From positions 708,727 to 772,726 of the forward strand of contig JAGWFT010000001.1 of assembly GCA_028867755.1 (NCBI GenBank): a DNA stretch of 64,000 nt, in the 5' to 3' direction. Under the pieces are notes generated by a model. That model saw nothing but the letters and a program-made list of their open reading frames with translations. It searched no databases and was not told the origin of the DNA. This stretch comes from Nitrososphaerota archaeon. Lineage in GTDB: Archaea; Thermoproteota; Nitrososphaeria; Nitrososphaerales; Nitrosopumilaceae. A program made the translations under genes and the position numbers. Shown here in pieces: positions 20,019-30,022 of this stretch (position 1 is the stretch's first letter; each line of letters begins with the position of its first letter).

Positions 20019-20793
20019 GATGTTTTGCAGCTTCCTTTGCTGTTTCTTTTCTAAATATTATTGCAGCAAGAGCATGAGTCATCTTGGTCGGACTGGCATG
20101 CTCAAAGATGTTTCTTCCATATGTAACTCCCTTAGCTCCAGCCTGCATTGCTTCTTCTGTCATCTGTAGTATGTCCTTGTCTGTCTTTGCTTTTGGACCA
20201 CCTGCAATTACAACTGGAACTGGAGTACTCTTTACTATCTTAGAAAATGAACCTATGTCTCCAGTATACAATGTCTTGACAATGTCAGCGCCACACTCTG
20301 CACCAATTCTTGCCGCGTGTCCAACAATTTCTGGGTCATGTGGATTCTTTACGTTTTCTCCTCTTGGGTACATCATTGCAAGTAATGGCATACTCCACTT
20401 GTGACATTCATCCGATATTTTTCCAAGTTGCTCAAGCATTTCTGGTTCTTCTTTTCCGCCAATGTTGATATGCAAAGATACTCCATCTGCTCCAAGTCGC
20501 ATTGCTTCTTCGACTGTTCCAATGAGCATCTTTCTGTTTGGAGACATGGAAAGGGACGTACTTGCAGAATAATGAACTAGTAATCCAATCTTAGTTGGTT
20601 TGGGCAAGTTCTTGAAAATTCCTTTATTGATTATAACAGATGTAAGACCAAAATTCTGGCATGCGTAGATCAAGGGATATGGATCTTCAATTCCCTTTAT
20701 GGGACCGCTTGATATTCCGTGGTCCATGGGGATACACAGCATCTTACCATTTCGCATTATGCGATTCATTCTAATTTGAAAACCACTGACCAT
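20005..20793 (-). CDS. 2-amino-3,7-dideoxy-D-threo-hept-6-ulosonate (ADH) synthase, DhnA-type class I aldolase
   Basis: [34 protein letters not shown]; adjacent to DHQ synthase II. Confidence 0.93.
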   Translation of the reverse strand: MVSGFQIRMNRIMRNGKMLCIPMDHGISSGPIKGIEDPYPLIYACQNFGLTSVIINKGIFKNLPKPTKIGLLVHYSASTSLSMSPNRKMLIGTVEEAMRLGADGVSLHINIGGKEEPEMLEQLGKISDECHKWSMPLLAMMYPRGENVKNPHDPEIVGHAARIGAECGADIVKTLYTGDIGSFSKIVKSTPVPVVIAGGPKAKTDKDILQMTEEAMQAGAKGVTYGRNIFEHASPTKMTHALAAIIFRKETAKEAAKHLGKK

Positions 20794-20956
20794 TGGAGTT
20801 AATCCTTAGTGTGCCCTACTTAAAAATAACGGGTTTTGTTATACGAATACAATATTATCCAAACCCGTCTCATGCAAGTTCGTATTTTATCTATGGTAAA
20901 CTTTCATGATTTGGCCCTCAAACGATTAAATACAATAGGAAAAGATCAAGAGTCAA

Positions 20957-22075
20957 TTGAGCCAGCTAACTCAGCAACTTCATCACTCCGAGATAGGTGA
21001 CATTTTAGAAAACTCTGTTGCTGGAAAAAGGCCTGGTTATGATGAATGCATGAGGCTTTTGGAATCTGATGATGTTCATCTGATGGGTCTTGTAGGTGGA
21101 CATCTTACAAGAAAAAAATTTGGAAAAAGAGCTTCATTTGTAAACAACATGATTCTCAACTACACCAATGTGTGTATTACTGATTGCAAGTTTTGTGCAT
21201 TTTACAGGCCTCCGGGACATGATGAATCTTATACTGTATCATTAGAACAGGTTGAATCACGATTAAAGGCAGCGTGGGAGATGTTTGGCATCACGCAGGT
21301 GATGTTTCAGGGAGGACACAACCCAAAGCTTAGAATCGAATACTATGAAGACGCATTTAGGCTCATACGAAAAAAGTTTCCCAAAGTGGGAATCCATGCT
21401 CTTTCAGCATCTGAAATTGATATGATATCAAAAGTAGAGCATACCAGTACTAAAGAAGTTCTTGCAAGGCTAAAAGAAGCAGGTCTTCAATCAGTACCTG
21501 GTGCAGGTGCTGAAATTCTAGTTGACAGCGTAAAACAAGTGATAAGTCCAAAAAAGATCTCAAGTGATACATGGCTTAGAATAATGGAAGAAGCTCACAG
21601 TATCGATATCCCAGCATCTGCCACAATGATGTATGGACATGTTGAGACAAAAAAAGAGATTGCAGAACACTTTGTAAAGATTGGAAAACTTCAGGAAAAA
21701 ACTGGCGGATTTATGGCATTTATTCCGTGGAGCTTTGAGCCAAACAACACACTAATGCAAAAAGAAGAGACAGTCAAGTATGCTGCAGGTGGAACTGAAC
21801 TGCTAAAGATGATTGCAATATCAAGAATAATGTATGATGGTCTTATACCTCACATCCAGTCATCTTGGCTTACAAACGGTATAGCAATGGCTCAGATGGC
21901 ATTGCAATATGGTGCAGATGACTTTGGAGGCACACTACTTGGAGAAGAGGTAGTATCATGCACAGGTGCCAGGTCTACCGAACTTACAGCACCTAAAATT
22001 ATTGATGCCGTAAAACAAATTGGATATCAAGTAGAAGAGCGCGACAACTTTTACAATGCTATAAAAACGTATTAA
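20957..22075 (+). CDS. mqnC: Cyclic dehypoxanthine futalosine synthase (radical SAM, CofH/MqnC family)
   Basis: NYTNVCITDCKFCAF, QGG, PG.GAEIL, ATMMYGH, GADDFG; next to UbiD. Confidence 0.85.
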   Translation: MSQLTQQLHHSEIGDILENSVAGKRPGYDECMRLLESDDVHLMGLVGGHLTRKKFGKRASFVNNMILNYTNVCITDCKFCAFYRPPGHDESYTVSLEQVESRLKAAWEMFGITQVMFQGGHNPKLRIEYYEDAFRLIRKKFPKVGIHALSASEIDMISKVEHTSTKEVLARLKEAGLQSVPGAGAEILVDSVKQVISPKKISSDTWLRIMEEAHSIDIPASATMMYGHVETKKEIAEHFVKIGKLQEKTGGFMAFIPWSFEPNNTLMQKEETVKYAAGGTELLKMIAISRIMYDGLIPHIQSSWLTNGIAMAQMALQYGADDFGGTLLGEEVVSCTGARSTELTAPKIIDAVKQIGYQVEERDNFYNAIKTY

Positions 22076-23514
22076 ATTCCGTAACTGGACCATTTAGAGT
22101 CTACAAGTTTCTTGGTCTCTTCATCTGATTTGACAAGCTCTTGGATCTCTCTTTGATATCCTTCCTCTCTTGTTTTTTGTGTGGCGTCGATGCCAAGTTT
22201 TGAGCCAAGGTTGACAAGCGGTGACGCAGGGTCAAGTGTGTCAGTTGGTGTATTGTTGATTATGGTGACATCCCTTGCAGCGTCTGCACGAGTTGTAATG
22301 GCCCATATGATATCATTCATGTCATGTACATTGACATCTTCATCAACCACGACAAAAATTTTTGTCAGTGCAAGCTGACCCATTCCCCACAAGCCCATCA
22401 TGACTTTTTTTGCCTGTCCGGGATATCTTTTCTTGATTGATATTATTGCCATGCCTTGGAACCATCCTGCAGCAGGCATTGCAAAATCAACCACTTCAGG
22501 ATGAAACATTCTGATAAGTGGAAGAAATGAGCGTTCTATTACTTTGCCAATGAAAGCATCTTCTAAGATTGGTTTTCCAACTATGGTAGTAAGATAGATT
22601 GGTTTTTGCCTTCTCATGATTCCAGTCAATGTGAACACTGGATATGGTTCTGGAGGAGTATAGTATCCTGTATGATCACCAAACGGGCCTTCCATTCTAA
22701 TGTCTGAAGGGTCAACATATCCTTCTAGCACAATCTCAGCGTTTGCAGGAACTTCCAAGTCTACTGTTTTGCACTTGACAGTCTTAATTCCAGTCTTTCT
22801 TGTTATTCCGGCAAAGATATACTTGTCAAGCCCTTCTGGCACTGGTGCTACTGCAGAAAAGACTGTTGCAGGGTCTGCACCAATTATTACTGCTACTTCT
22901 ATCTTGTTACCTGAATCTTTTTTGATATCATAATGATGTGCTCCACGCTTGTGTTTTTGCCAGTGCATGAGAGCATGAGTCTTGTCCAATACCTGCATTC
23001 TGTATACGCCAAGGTTTCTAACGCCTGTCTCGGGATGTTTTGTCGCAACAAGGCCAAACGTGATGAATCTTCCTGCATCCTTTGGCCATGTTTTCAAGAT
23101 TGGGATTTTTTCAAATGATGGCAAGTCTTCAAATACTTCTGTCACAGGGCCACTCTTTTGCAATTTTGGAGCAATATCAGTTATCTTTGAAAGCTCGGGA
23201 AGTTTTCGTAATTTATCCAAGATTCCACTTGGAACTTCCATGCGAGTCATGTCTACAATTCTCTGACCAATCTCTGTAAAGTCAGAGCTCTCCAGCCCAA
23301 TCTCTAATCGTTTCATAGAACCAAAAGCGTTTCCTAAAACTGGCATGTCATAATTTTTTACATTTTCAAAAAGAACTGCCGGTCCATTTGAATACATGAC
23401 ACGACTTAGAATTTCTGAAATTTCCAGATTAGAGTCAACCTCTGTCTTCACTCTTTTCAGCTCGCCTGCTTTTTCTAGCTTGTCTGCAAACTCGGAAAGC
23501 TCTTCAATTGGCAC
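22072..23514 (-). CDS. ubiD: UbiD-family decarboxylase (menaquinone pathway)
   Basis: NLGVYR.Q, EGPFGDHTGYY, LDPASP, SKLGIDAT. GTG start at 23514. Confidence 0.92.
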   Translation of the reverse strand: MPIEELSEFADKLEKAGELKRVKTEVDSNLEISEILSRVMYSNGPAVLFENVKNYDMPVLGNAFGSMKRLEIGLESSDFTEIGQRIVDMTRMEVPSGILDKLRKLPELSKITDIAPKLQKSGPVTEVFEDLPSFEKIPILKTWPKDAGRFITFGLVATKHPETGVRNLGVYRMQVLDKTHALMHWQKHKRGAHHYDIKKDSGNKIEVAVIIGADPATVFSAVAPVPEGLDKYIFAGITRKTGIKTVKCKTVDLEVPANAEIVLEGYVDPSDIRMEGPFGDHTGYYTPPEPYPVFTLTGIMRRQKPIYLTTIVGKPILEDAFIGKVIERSFLPLIRMFHPEVVDFAMPAAGWFQGMAIISIKKRYPGQAKKVMMGLWGMGQLALTKIFVVVDEDVNVHDMNDIIWAITTRADAARDVTIINNTPTDTLDPASPLVNLGSKLGIDATQKTREEGYQREIQELVKSDEETKKLVDSKWSSYGI

Positions 23515-23624
23515 ATGTCTTCTGAATGTGTATCTAGTATAAAGCTTAACTGGATTTGTGCCCAAGAAACAGGAAAGGGTTTTAACAAAAGAACTTTAAT
23601 TATCCTCTAAGGGAATGGCATAAG

Positions 23625-23855
23625 TTGTCCGGCCAAAAATGTTCCGTCTGTGGAGGCGGCGGGAAGATTGTTCTTTTAGATACCCAATGCTCTTTTTGCA
23701 ATGGAACTGGAGAATTTAGCAAAACTGCAGAAAGTTATATGAAATCGCACATTTGTCAATGTATATTTTTGGATAGGATAACATGTCCACTCTGTGGAAA
23801 AAAATGTCATCACGATACTCCAAACAAACCGAAAATTTTGATAGGCCCAGTCTAG
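23625..23855 (+). CDS. Small DnaJ-type zinc-finger-like protein
   Basis: CSVCGGGG, CSFCNGTG, CQC, CPLCGKKCHH. Confidence 0.75.
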   Translation: MSGQKCSVCGGGGKIVLLDTQCSFCNGTGEFSKTAESYMKSHICQCIFLDRITCPLCGKKCHHDTPNKPKILIGPV

Positions 23856-24229
23856 ACGACTGGTGGCAATTCATTTTTCTTGTCGTGACCGCCAGAGCCA
23901 AATCTACAGTAAAAGCACTGGTCTGATTGCATGTACTTTAACTGTTCAATTTTTATCGCTCCAATCTTGAGCGCAATCTTGGTGAGGATTCTGTACTTGA
24001 GCGGCATTGCAGGAATCACCTCTTTTAGGTACACACGATAATGGTCAGGACAGAACTTTAACGTAATATTACTTGCTTCTTTTGAGGTCTCGCTTACTGT
24101 TTTGGCTACATTGATCTGCTCTCTTATGTATTCGTGCTTTGGGCAAGGGCAATCCTTTCCTCCTGGATGTTTGTATGCGGGTGTGTTTTTCCAGTCAAAT
24201 TCGGGATATTCCTTCTCAAAGTCGTCCAA
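23852..24229 (-). CDS. Conserved hypothetical Cys-containing protein
   Basis: CPCPKH, CPDH, CFYC. Confidence 0.7.
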   Translation of the reverse strand: MDDFEKEYPEFDWKNTPAYKHPGGKDCPCPKHEYIREQINVAKTVSETSKEASNITLKFCPDHYRVYLKEVIPAMPLKYRILTKIALKIGAIKIEQLKYMQSDQCFYCRFGSGGHDKKNELPPVV

Positions 24230-24327
24230 CGGCTTAAAATCGGCCTTTACTCATATAAAACTTCTATAAATAGTGAAACCAAGCGTGATCAAAATCTAAA
24301 TAAACCACTTTACCAGAAATCAAACAC

Positions 24328-24840
24328 ATGTCAAAAGAATCCAAACCAAAAAGAACACGTTCTACTAAAAAAATTTCAGAGGAAGGATCTCATACTGCAG
24401 AACTTGAGGCAAAAATAGCAGAGCTTGAAGCCAAGCTTTCTAATTTATCTTCGCAGGTAAAACCAGCAGAAGTAAAGCACACTCACACAGCACCACCACC
24501 TCCACCAGCTCCAAAACCAAGACCTGCAGCTTCAGGTCCAACACACGGTACATTGCCAGCTGGAATGAAACCAACTCCACCACCAGCTACAAAAGAAGAA
24601 TCAAGAACTGAAAGCTATTCTGCTCCAGAGCCAGGCCAAGTGGCACCAGCTTATGCGCAAATTAGCTCAACAGGTTACACTGGAAACAAATACTTTGCAA
24701 CAAGAAGGAGATTATCATATCATCCACCAAACAAGCAGTTTACGGGATCAGGATCAACAACTACTGCGGCACCGCCAGCTCCAGAGCCACCAAAACCAAA
24801 AACTATGCGCGGAACACTGCCAGCAGGTTTCAAGCCTTAA
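24328..24840 (+). CDS. Pro/Ala/Thr-rich low-complexity protein with short coiled coil
   Basis: AELEAKIAELEAKL heptads; two GTLPAG(M/F)KP motifs. Confidence 0.75.
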   Translation: MSKESKPKRTRSTKKISEEGSHTAELEAKIAELEAKLSNLSSQVKPAEVKHTHTAPPPPPAPKPRPAASGPTHGTLPAGMKPTPPPATKEESRTESYSAPEPGQVAPAYAQISSTGYTGNKYFATRRRLSYHPPNKQFTGSGSTTTAAPPAPEPPKPKTMRGTLPAGFKP

Positions 24841-25288
24841 AGGCATCTAGCACTTCTTGTGAGTGTCCTGCAGGTTTTACTTTTTCAAAAACCCTCAAGA
24901 TTTTTCCTTTTTCATCTACTAGGAAAGTTGTTCTGTTTACTCCCATGTACTCTTTACCCATGAACTGTTTCTTTCCCCAAACGCCAAATTTCTTTGCTAT
25001 TTCTTTGTCGGTATCAGCAAGCAAGATGAATGGGACACTCATCTTTTCACCAAACTTTTTGTGAGACTCTTCATCGTCAGGACTGATTCCAACTATCTCA
25101 ATTCCAGCACTCTTGAATTTCTTGTAATCTCTTGAAAACTCTGCAGCCTCTGTAGTGCATCCTGGCGTGAAATCCTTTGGGTAAAAATAAACGACGTATT
25201 TTTTCCCCTTAAAGTCTGATTTTTTGAGAACCTTTCCCTCTGCGTTTTTTAGCTCAAAATCGGGAACTTGATCACCTATAGTTAGCAT
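24830..25288 (-). CDS. bcp: Thioredoxin-dependent peroxiredoxin BCP/PrxQ (1-Cys)
   Basis: YFYPKDFTPGCTTEA, RTTFLVD. Confidence 0.95.
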   Translation of the reverse strand: MLTIGDQVPDFELKNAEGKVLKKSDFKGKKYVVYFYPKDFTPGCTTEAAEFSRDYKKFKSAGIEIVGISPDDEESHKKFGEKMSVPFILLADTDKEIAKKFGVWGKKQFMGKEYMGVNRTTFLVDEKGKILRVFEKVKPAGHSQEVLDAFKA

Positions 25289-25376
25289 GATAACAAAAAA
25301 TGATGAATCCCTAATTATTTTTTGTCAAGTTAATTTCGAATGTTTTATATGGTATGTCTCTAGGTCATATCGAGTA

Positions 25377-26087
25377 ATGGTAAATCCACGTGCATGGCTT
25401 GCAGAAGCAATTGGCACATACTGCCTTGTCTTCTTTGGCCCTCTTGCAATTGGACTTGCAGCTGTTGCATATGGAACAGGCCTGTCCGTTCAAGCAATTG
25501 TAATGATATCGCTTGCACACGGTGCTGCGATAGGTCTTATGGTCTACGCATTTGGGCATGTATCTGGTGGACACTTTAATCCCGCAGTTACTATATCCAT
25601 GATAGTTACAAAACGAATCAATATCAAAGATGGTATTGTGTATATAATTTCCCAGCTTATCGGTGCAATTGCAGCTGCTGCATCTTACAAGGCCATACTG
25701 CCTGACATTGGTGCAAAGGTAAACTATGGAACTCAGGGAGGTCCTAGCGCATTACTTCACAACAGTGTATCGTCTGGATTTGCAGTAGAAGCAATCTTGA
25801 CATTCTTCTTGGTTACGGTGATATTTATGACAGCAGTGCACAAAAAGGCACCTGCTGGAATGTATGGTCTTGCAATAGGTGGAATGATATTTTTGATACA
25901 CTTGGTTGGAGTGCCTCTGACAGGCGCAAGTGTCAACCCTGCAAGAACATTTGGCCCTGCACTTATCTCAGGATTCTGGGACTATCACTGGATGTACTGG
26001 GCAGCACCAATTACTGGTGCGATAATTGCAGGACTGATAATGAATTACGTATTTGCCAAAAAAGCAGAACAAGAAGAAACGGCATAG
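25377..26087 (+). CDS. MIP family aquaporin
   Basis: SGGHFNPAVT and GASVNPARTFGP (two NPA motifs). ATG at 25377. Confidence 0.95.
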   Translation: MVNPRAWLAEAIGTYCLVFFGPLAIGLAAVAYGTGLSVQAIVMISLAHGAAIGLMVYAFGHVSGGHFNPAVTISMIVTKRINIKDGIVYIISQLIGAIAAAASYKAILPDIGAKVNYGTQGGPSALLHNSVSSGFAVEAILTFFLVTVIFMTAVHKKAPAGMYGLAIGGMIFLIHLVGVPLTGASVNPARTFGPALISGFWDYHWMYWAAPITGAIIAGLIMNYVFAKKAEQEETA

Positions 26088-26140
26088 ATTTTCTACTGAT
26101 TTGAAATGTATTATAACGGGTCAACTGAAAGTTTCTTTGT

Positions 26141-26215
26141 GGACCCGTAGCACAGCTTGGATAGTGCGGTCGCTTGCGGAGCGACAGGTCGTGGGTTCGA
26201 GTCCCCCCGGGCCCG
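26141..26215 (+). tRNA. tRNA-Arg(GCG)
   Basis: Cloverleaf: D stem GCAC/GTGC, anticodon stem GTCGC/GCGAC, loop TTGCGGA, TTCGA T-loop; two mismatches in the acceptor and T stems. Confidence 0.92.
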
Positions 26216-26275
26216 TTCTTATTTTGTATCGAGACATTTCAGGCTCAACTGCGTAACTCCAAATGATGTGATTTT

Positions 26276-26704
26276 TTGAACTTTATGACCATTTTTATTG
26301 ATCATATGTGTACCGTGTACGTGCAAGTATTTTGCAAGGTTAGATTCAGTTTTACTACGGTAGATTCGCGTTATTATGCAGGTGGAAGCACAGATCCTTT
26401 GGCTATTCTCTCAGATGTGGAAAAAAAGCTACCACTTCACATCAAAAAATTGCAGTATGGCAAAGCCAAGGGATCGTCAAAAGTATACGTGGAATATTCT
26501 ATAGGTTATGATGATTCAGATCTTCCAAAACAAAAAGAGGACTCTTTTGCAAGATTCATGGCCCAAGACCCATACGAAGAGTTGCTTGGAGGTGACATTG
26601 AACTGGTTGAAAATCTCATAAAAAAGACATATGGTGTATCAAAGGATGAGGATGATAAAATTGAGCACAAAATTTTGGAAGGCCATAATCTAATCAAGGC
26701 TTAG
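26276..26704 (+). CDS. Hypothetical protein (start uncertain)
   Basis: ORF immediately after the tRNA; C-terminal two-thirds look coding. Confidence 0.55.
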   Translation: MNFMTIFIDHMCTVYVQVFCKVRFSFTTVDSRYYAGGSTDPLAILSDVEKKLPLHIKKLQYGKAKGSSKVYVEYSIGYDDSDLPKQKEDSFARFMAQDPYEELLGGDIELVENLIKKTYGVSKDEDDKIEHKILEGHNLIKA

Positions 26705-26727
26705 CTTATCCAGTTGTTTGAAACACC

Positions 26728-26943
26728 ATGGACAGAATACGAATCAAGTCTAATGATCTAAAATCAGTTGGCTATGATGAGTCAATGCAAATATTGGAAA
26801 TAGAATTTCATCATGGAGGAGTCTATCAGTACTTTGGCGTGCCAAAACAGATCTACGATAGATTGATGAAATCTGTTTTATCGCATGGACAATATCATAC
26901 TAGGTACATCAAAAATAGATATCGACATGAAAAGATTCTCTGA
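26728..26943 (+). CDS. KTSC domain protein
   Basis: KSNDLKSVGYD....LEIEFH.GGVYQY.GVP..IY..LM...SHG.Y....IK. Confidence 0.9.
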   Translation: MDRIRIKSNDLKSVGYDESMQILEIEFHHGGVYQYFGVPKQIYDRLMKSVLSHGQYHTRYIKNRYRHEKIL

Positions 26944-27004
26944 TTGCTTACCACACATAGTATTCTTTACATACTGTTATTAGTGATGAACACGTATACT
27001 ATAG

Positions 27005-27805
27005 ATGTCAGACGTTACATTATTGCCCGATGATCTAGGGGAAAAATTAGCAAGACGTGTTGACAATCAACTTTTAAAAAATGAAAGACGTGGAGCATCA
27101 GAGAAGGATATCTTTGACAAAAAAAAGGTCATGGACGATGTACTTGACAAGACTTCGATAATGACTCTGTCCAAGTTGATAAATTCAGGTACAATATCAT
27201 ATGTTAATGGCATAGTTGGTTCTGGCAAGGAATCCAAGATGTACTGGGCTGTGGATCCTGATGGAAATGACATTGCTCTCAAGATATATCTAGTAACTGC
27301 ATCAACTTTTAAAAAAAGACAGCCCTATCTCGTTGATGATCCACGATTTTCACGTATAAAAAAAGGCACAAGAAACTTGGTGGAGCTTTGGGCAAAAAAA
27401 GAATTCAGGAATCTGACTCAATGTGCTAAAAACGGAATTTCCTCAATCAAACCAATTCGTGTTCTAAAAAACGTCTTGGTATTAGAATTTGTAGGAAAGA
27501 ACGGCGTTCCAGCAAAAACCCTTGTAGAATCAGAAATTGATGAAAATGACTATAAAGACGCAATTTCGATTATCTCACAGCTTTACAAAAAAGCAGAACT
27601 AGTGCATGCTGATTTCTCAGAATACAATATTTTCAAAACAGAAAACGGTTTGGTTCTTTTTGATCTAGGGTCAGCTATTGACATACGACACAGAAATGCA
27701 AAAGAATTTCTTCAAAGAGATATTGCAAATATTTCAAGATTCTTTGCTAAAAGAGGCTTGACCGTGGAACATCCATCTGATATAATGACAAGGATAACAA
27801 ACTAA
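27005..27805 (+). CDS. rio1: RIO1-family serine kinase
   Basis: GKES, ALKIY, WAKKEFRNL, LVHADFSEYN, LFDLG. Confidence 0.92.
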   Translation: MSDVTLLPDDLGEKLARRVDNQLLKNERRGASEKDIFDKKKVMDDVLDKTSIMTLSKLINSGTISYVNGIVGSGKESKMYWAVDPDGNDIALKIYLVTASTFKKRQPYLVDDPRFSRIKKGTRNLVELWAKKEFRNLTQCAKNGISSIKPIRVLKNVLVLEFVGKNGVPAKTLVESEIDENDYKDAISIISQLYKKAELVHADFSEYNIFKTENGLVLFDLGSAIDIRHRNAKEFLQRDIANISRFFAKRGLTVEHPSDIMTRITN

Positions 27806-27866
27806 GTTTTGTTGTCTACTTTAGCTGTCTTAAGTAGTATCACTGTGTAGTATATTTAGAGATAAA

Positions 27867-28028
27867 ATGATGAAGAATTTTTTCAAAGCCATGTGGAAAT
27901 CAAAACATGAGGAATCTAAAGAAAAACGTCAGACAGAACGGGAAGAAATGAAAGAAGAAACTCATGAGTTAGAACAGGTCGAGCAAGATGCGCAAGAAGC
28001 AATTAGAGAAGCCGACGATGAAGAATAA
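27867..28028 (+). CDS. 53-aa acidic coiled-coil micro-protein (not in ORF track)
   Basis: Manual translation MMKNFFKAMWKSKHEESKEKRQTEREEMKEETHELEQVEQDAQEAIREADDEE. Confidence 0.6.
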   Translation: MMKNFFKAMWKSKHEESKEKRQTEREEMKEETHELEQVEQDAQEAIREADDEE

Positions 28029-28081
28029 CTGTTCTACAATAGCATCAAAAAGCCTATCTGATTATAGGTGTCAATAATTTC

Positions 28082-28186
28082 ATGGAAGAAGGCCATTTTT
28101 GGAGACAAGGTGTGTGCTCTGATTGTAAACGAGTGAAATGTAAAGAGGGATGCAACTGTGATTGTCATTGGGACAAGAATAGATGA
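28082..28186 (+). CDS. 34-aa Cys/His-rich micro-protein, metallothionein-like (not in ORF track)
   Basis: Manual translation MEEGHFWRQGVCSDCKRVKCKEGCNCDCHWDKNR. Confidence 0.6.
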   Translation: MEEGHFWRQGVCSDCKRVKCKEGCNCDCHWDKNR

Positions 28187-28401
28187 GTCATGACAGTTTA
28201 ATGAATTCTCATCATTTTATGGGAAATACTATGATGCAGTTATAATGGATATAGACGTGAGCAAATCTGGCACTCTAAGCTGATCTTATAGGCATGCGAG
28301 GCTTTTAATTCAAGATAGCACTATTATTGTTATGGAGTAGTGTGAGTTTGCACATCTCTGATCTTTCGTAGTTCAGAGAAAGACTGGAGTAACTACCCAG
28401 C

Positions 28402-28644
28402 TCAAATAACTTCAGATGCGGCATGCTGCTTCTTGACTTTGTCTATTGCATCTCTTATGATGTTTTTTAGCTCCTCACGTGTCATGCTTTCTACATTTCT
28501 ACCAAAACTCTCCTCAATCTGACAGGTCAGTTCTTTCTTAATATCGCTGAAAATATTTTGTTGAAGATTGTAATCAATTATCCCAGCCTCCCTGGCAGTT
28601 TGGCTAAAGACTTGTTCTATTACATCCCATGCGATTTCTTCCAT
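28402..28644 (-). CDS. Small helical hypothetical protein
   Basis: ATG at 28644, 2 nt after the upstream ORF's stop codon. Confidence 0.65.
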   Translation of the reverse strand: MEEIAWDVIEQVFSQTAREAGIIDYNLQQNIFSDIKKELTCQIEESFGRNVESMTREELKNIIRDAIDKVKKQHAASEVI

Positions 28645-28646
28645 AA

Positions 28647-28802
28647 CTAAATTCTTGTACCTGCACTGCACATGCTAATGTCAGGCTCATAATGTAACAT
28701 CTTTCCTGGATGACAGCTAATGAATGCAAATGTTGTACAGATTTCCTGGTCTCTTTTTTTATCGCATTCTACGTCAAACTGCATTTGCATCTCCTGTGTC
28801 AT
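28647..28802 (-). CDS. 51-aa hypothetical protein (not in ORF track)
   Basis: Manual translation MTQEMQMQFDVECDKKRDQEICTTFAFISCHPGKMLHYEPDISMCSAGTRI; operon-like spacing to the next gene. Confidence 0.4.
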   Translation of the reverse strand: MTQEMQMQFDVECDKKRDQEICTTFAFISCHPGKMLHYEPDISMCSAGTRI

Positions 28803-29053
28803 ACTATGATTCCTCTTGATCCTGTTATGTCATCGTCTCTAATAAAGCGGCGTAATACATCATTTACAGCTACAAAAGAGTATACCTGAAGCACTATCTG
28901 GAATCGTCACTAAATTCTATTGACATAGAACTCTTCTTTTTTGTTAAAATTTGATAGATCTATGAAAATAGTGTGCAATCCTACCGTTCTTATTGCTTGA
29001 CAGCTAGACAATATATGATAAACTGAATGCTTTCTCTTGATTCTGACTCGTAT

Positions 29054-30022
29054 ATGAAATGTGCTCGCTGTGGAAAGAGCGCCATGGTAACAGATGGTTC
29101 TACAGGAGAGAGATTTTGTGGAGTATGTGGGTTTGTTATCAATGAACGAATTGAAGATTCTGGCCCTGAGAGACGTTCATTCTCAAAAGAAGAACATGAG
29201 GACAGGTCAAGAACAGGCGTGCCATCGTCTCTTGCGATGCATGATATGGGACTTGCAACCGTGATAGGACACGATAACAAAGATGCAACTGGAAAGCCGC
29301 TTTCAATATCAATGAAGAGCACTATAACACGTCTCAGAACATGGGATAGTAGAAGCCAAGTTCACGAGTCTCAAGAGAGAAACCTTAGGCAGGCATTCAG
29401 CGAGCTTAGCAGAATGAAAGACAAACTTGCACTATCTGATTCTGTGGTTGAAAAGACTGCATACATTTACAGAAAAGCATTAGAAAAAAATCTCACAAGA
29501 GGCAGATCAATTCCTGGATTGATTGCTGCAGCAATGTATTTGGCATGTAGAGATACTGGTACCCCGAGGACATTAAATGAGGTAGCACACCAAATCAACA
29601 TAAAAAGAAAAGATGTGTCTAGATGTTACCGATTACTCCTAAAAGAACTCGATTTGAAAATGCCGGTGTTAGATCCCATAAAATGTATGTCACGAATATC
29701 AAGTCAGGCGCGTCTAAGTGAAAAAGTAAAACGACAAGCTCTTAAGATTTTAGAAGATGCAAACAAGCTGGAAATTACTGCAGGAAAAGATCCTATGGGA
29801 ATGGCAGCAGCAGCATTGTATCTTTCATGTGCAATAAACAAGGAAGGTACAACACAAAAAGTCATCGCTTTAGCAGCCGGAGTTACAGAAGTTACAATAA
29901 GAAACAGATGTAAAGGATTACGAGAATTACTAGACATAAAAATTCCAGACAAATTGAATCTAAGGCTGGGTTATACTGAAAAATCTACAAACTCGGTGAT
30001 TCAAGTTATGACGCCCGAATAA
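29054..30022 (+). CDS. tfb: Transcription initiation factor IIB (TFB paralogue)
   Basis: CARC...CGVCG zinc ribbon, GPE.R.F, RLRTWD, ERNL, two cyclin repeats, VTEVTIRNR. Confidence 0.96.
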   Translation: MKCARCGKSAMVTDGSTGERFCGVCGFVINERIEDSGPERRSFSKEEHEDRSRTGVPSSLAMHDMGLATVIGHDNKDATGKPLSISMKSTITRLRTWDSRSQVHESQERNLRQAFSELSRMKDKLALSDSVVEKTAYIYRKALEKNLTRGRSIPGLIAAAMYLACRDTGTPRTLNEVAHQINIKRKDVSRCYRLLLKELDLKMPVLDPIKCMSRISSQARLSEKVKRQALKILEDANKLEITAGKDPMGMAAAALYLSCAINKEGTTQKVIALAAGVTEVTIRNRCKGLRELLDIKIPDKLNLRLGYTEKSTNSVIQVMTPE

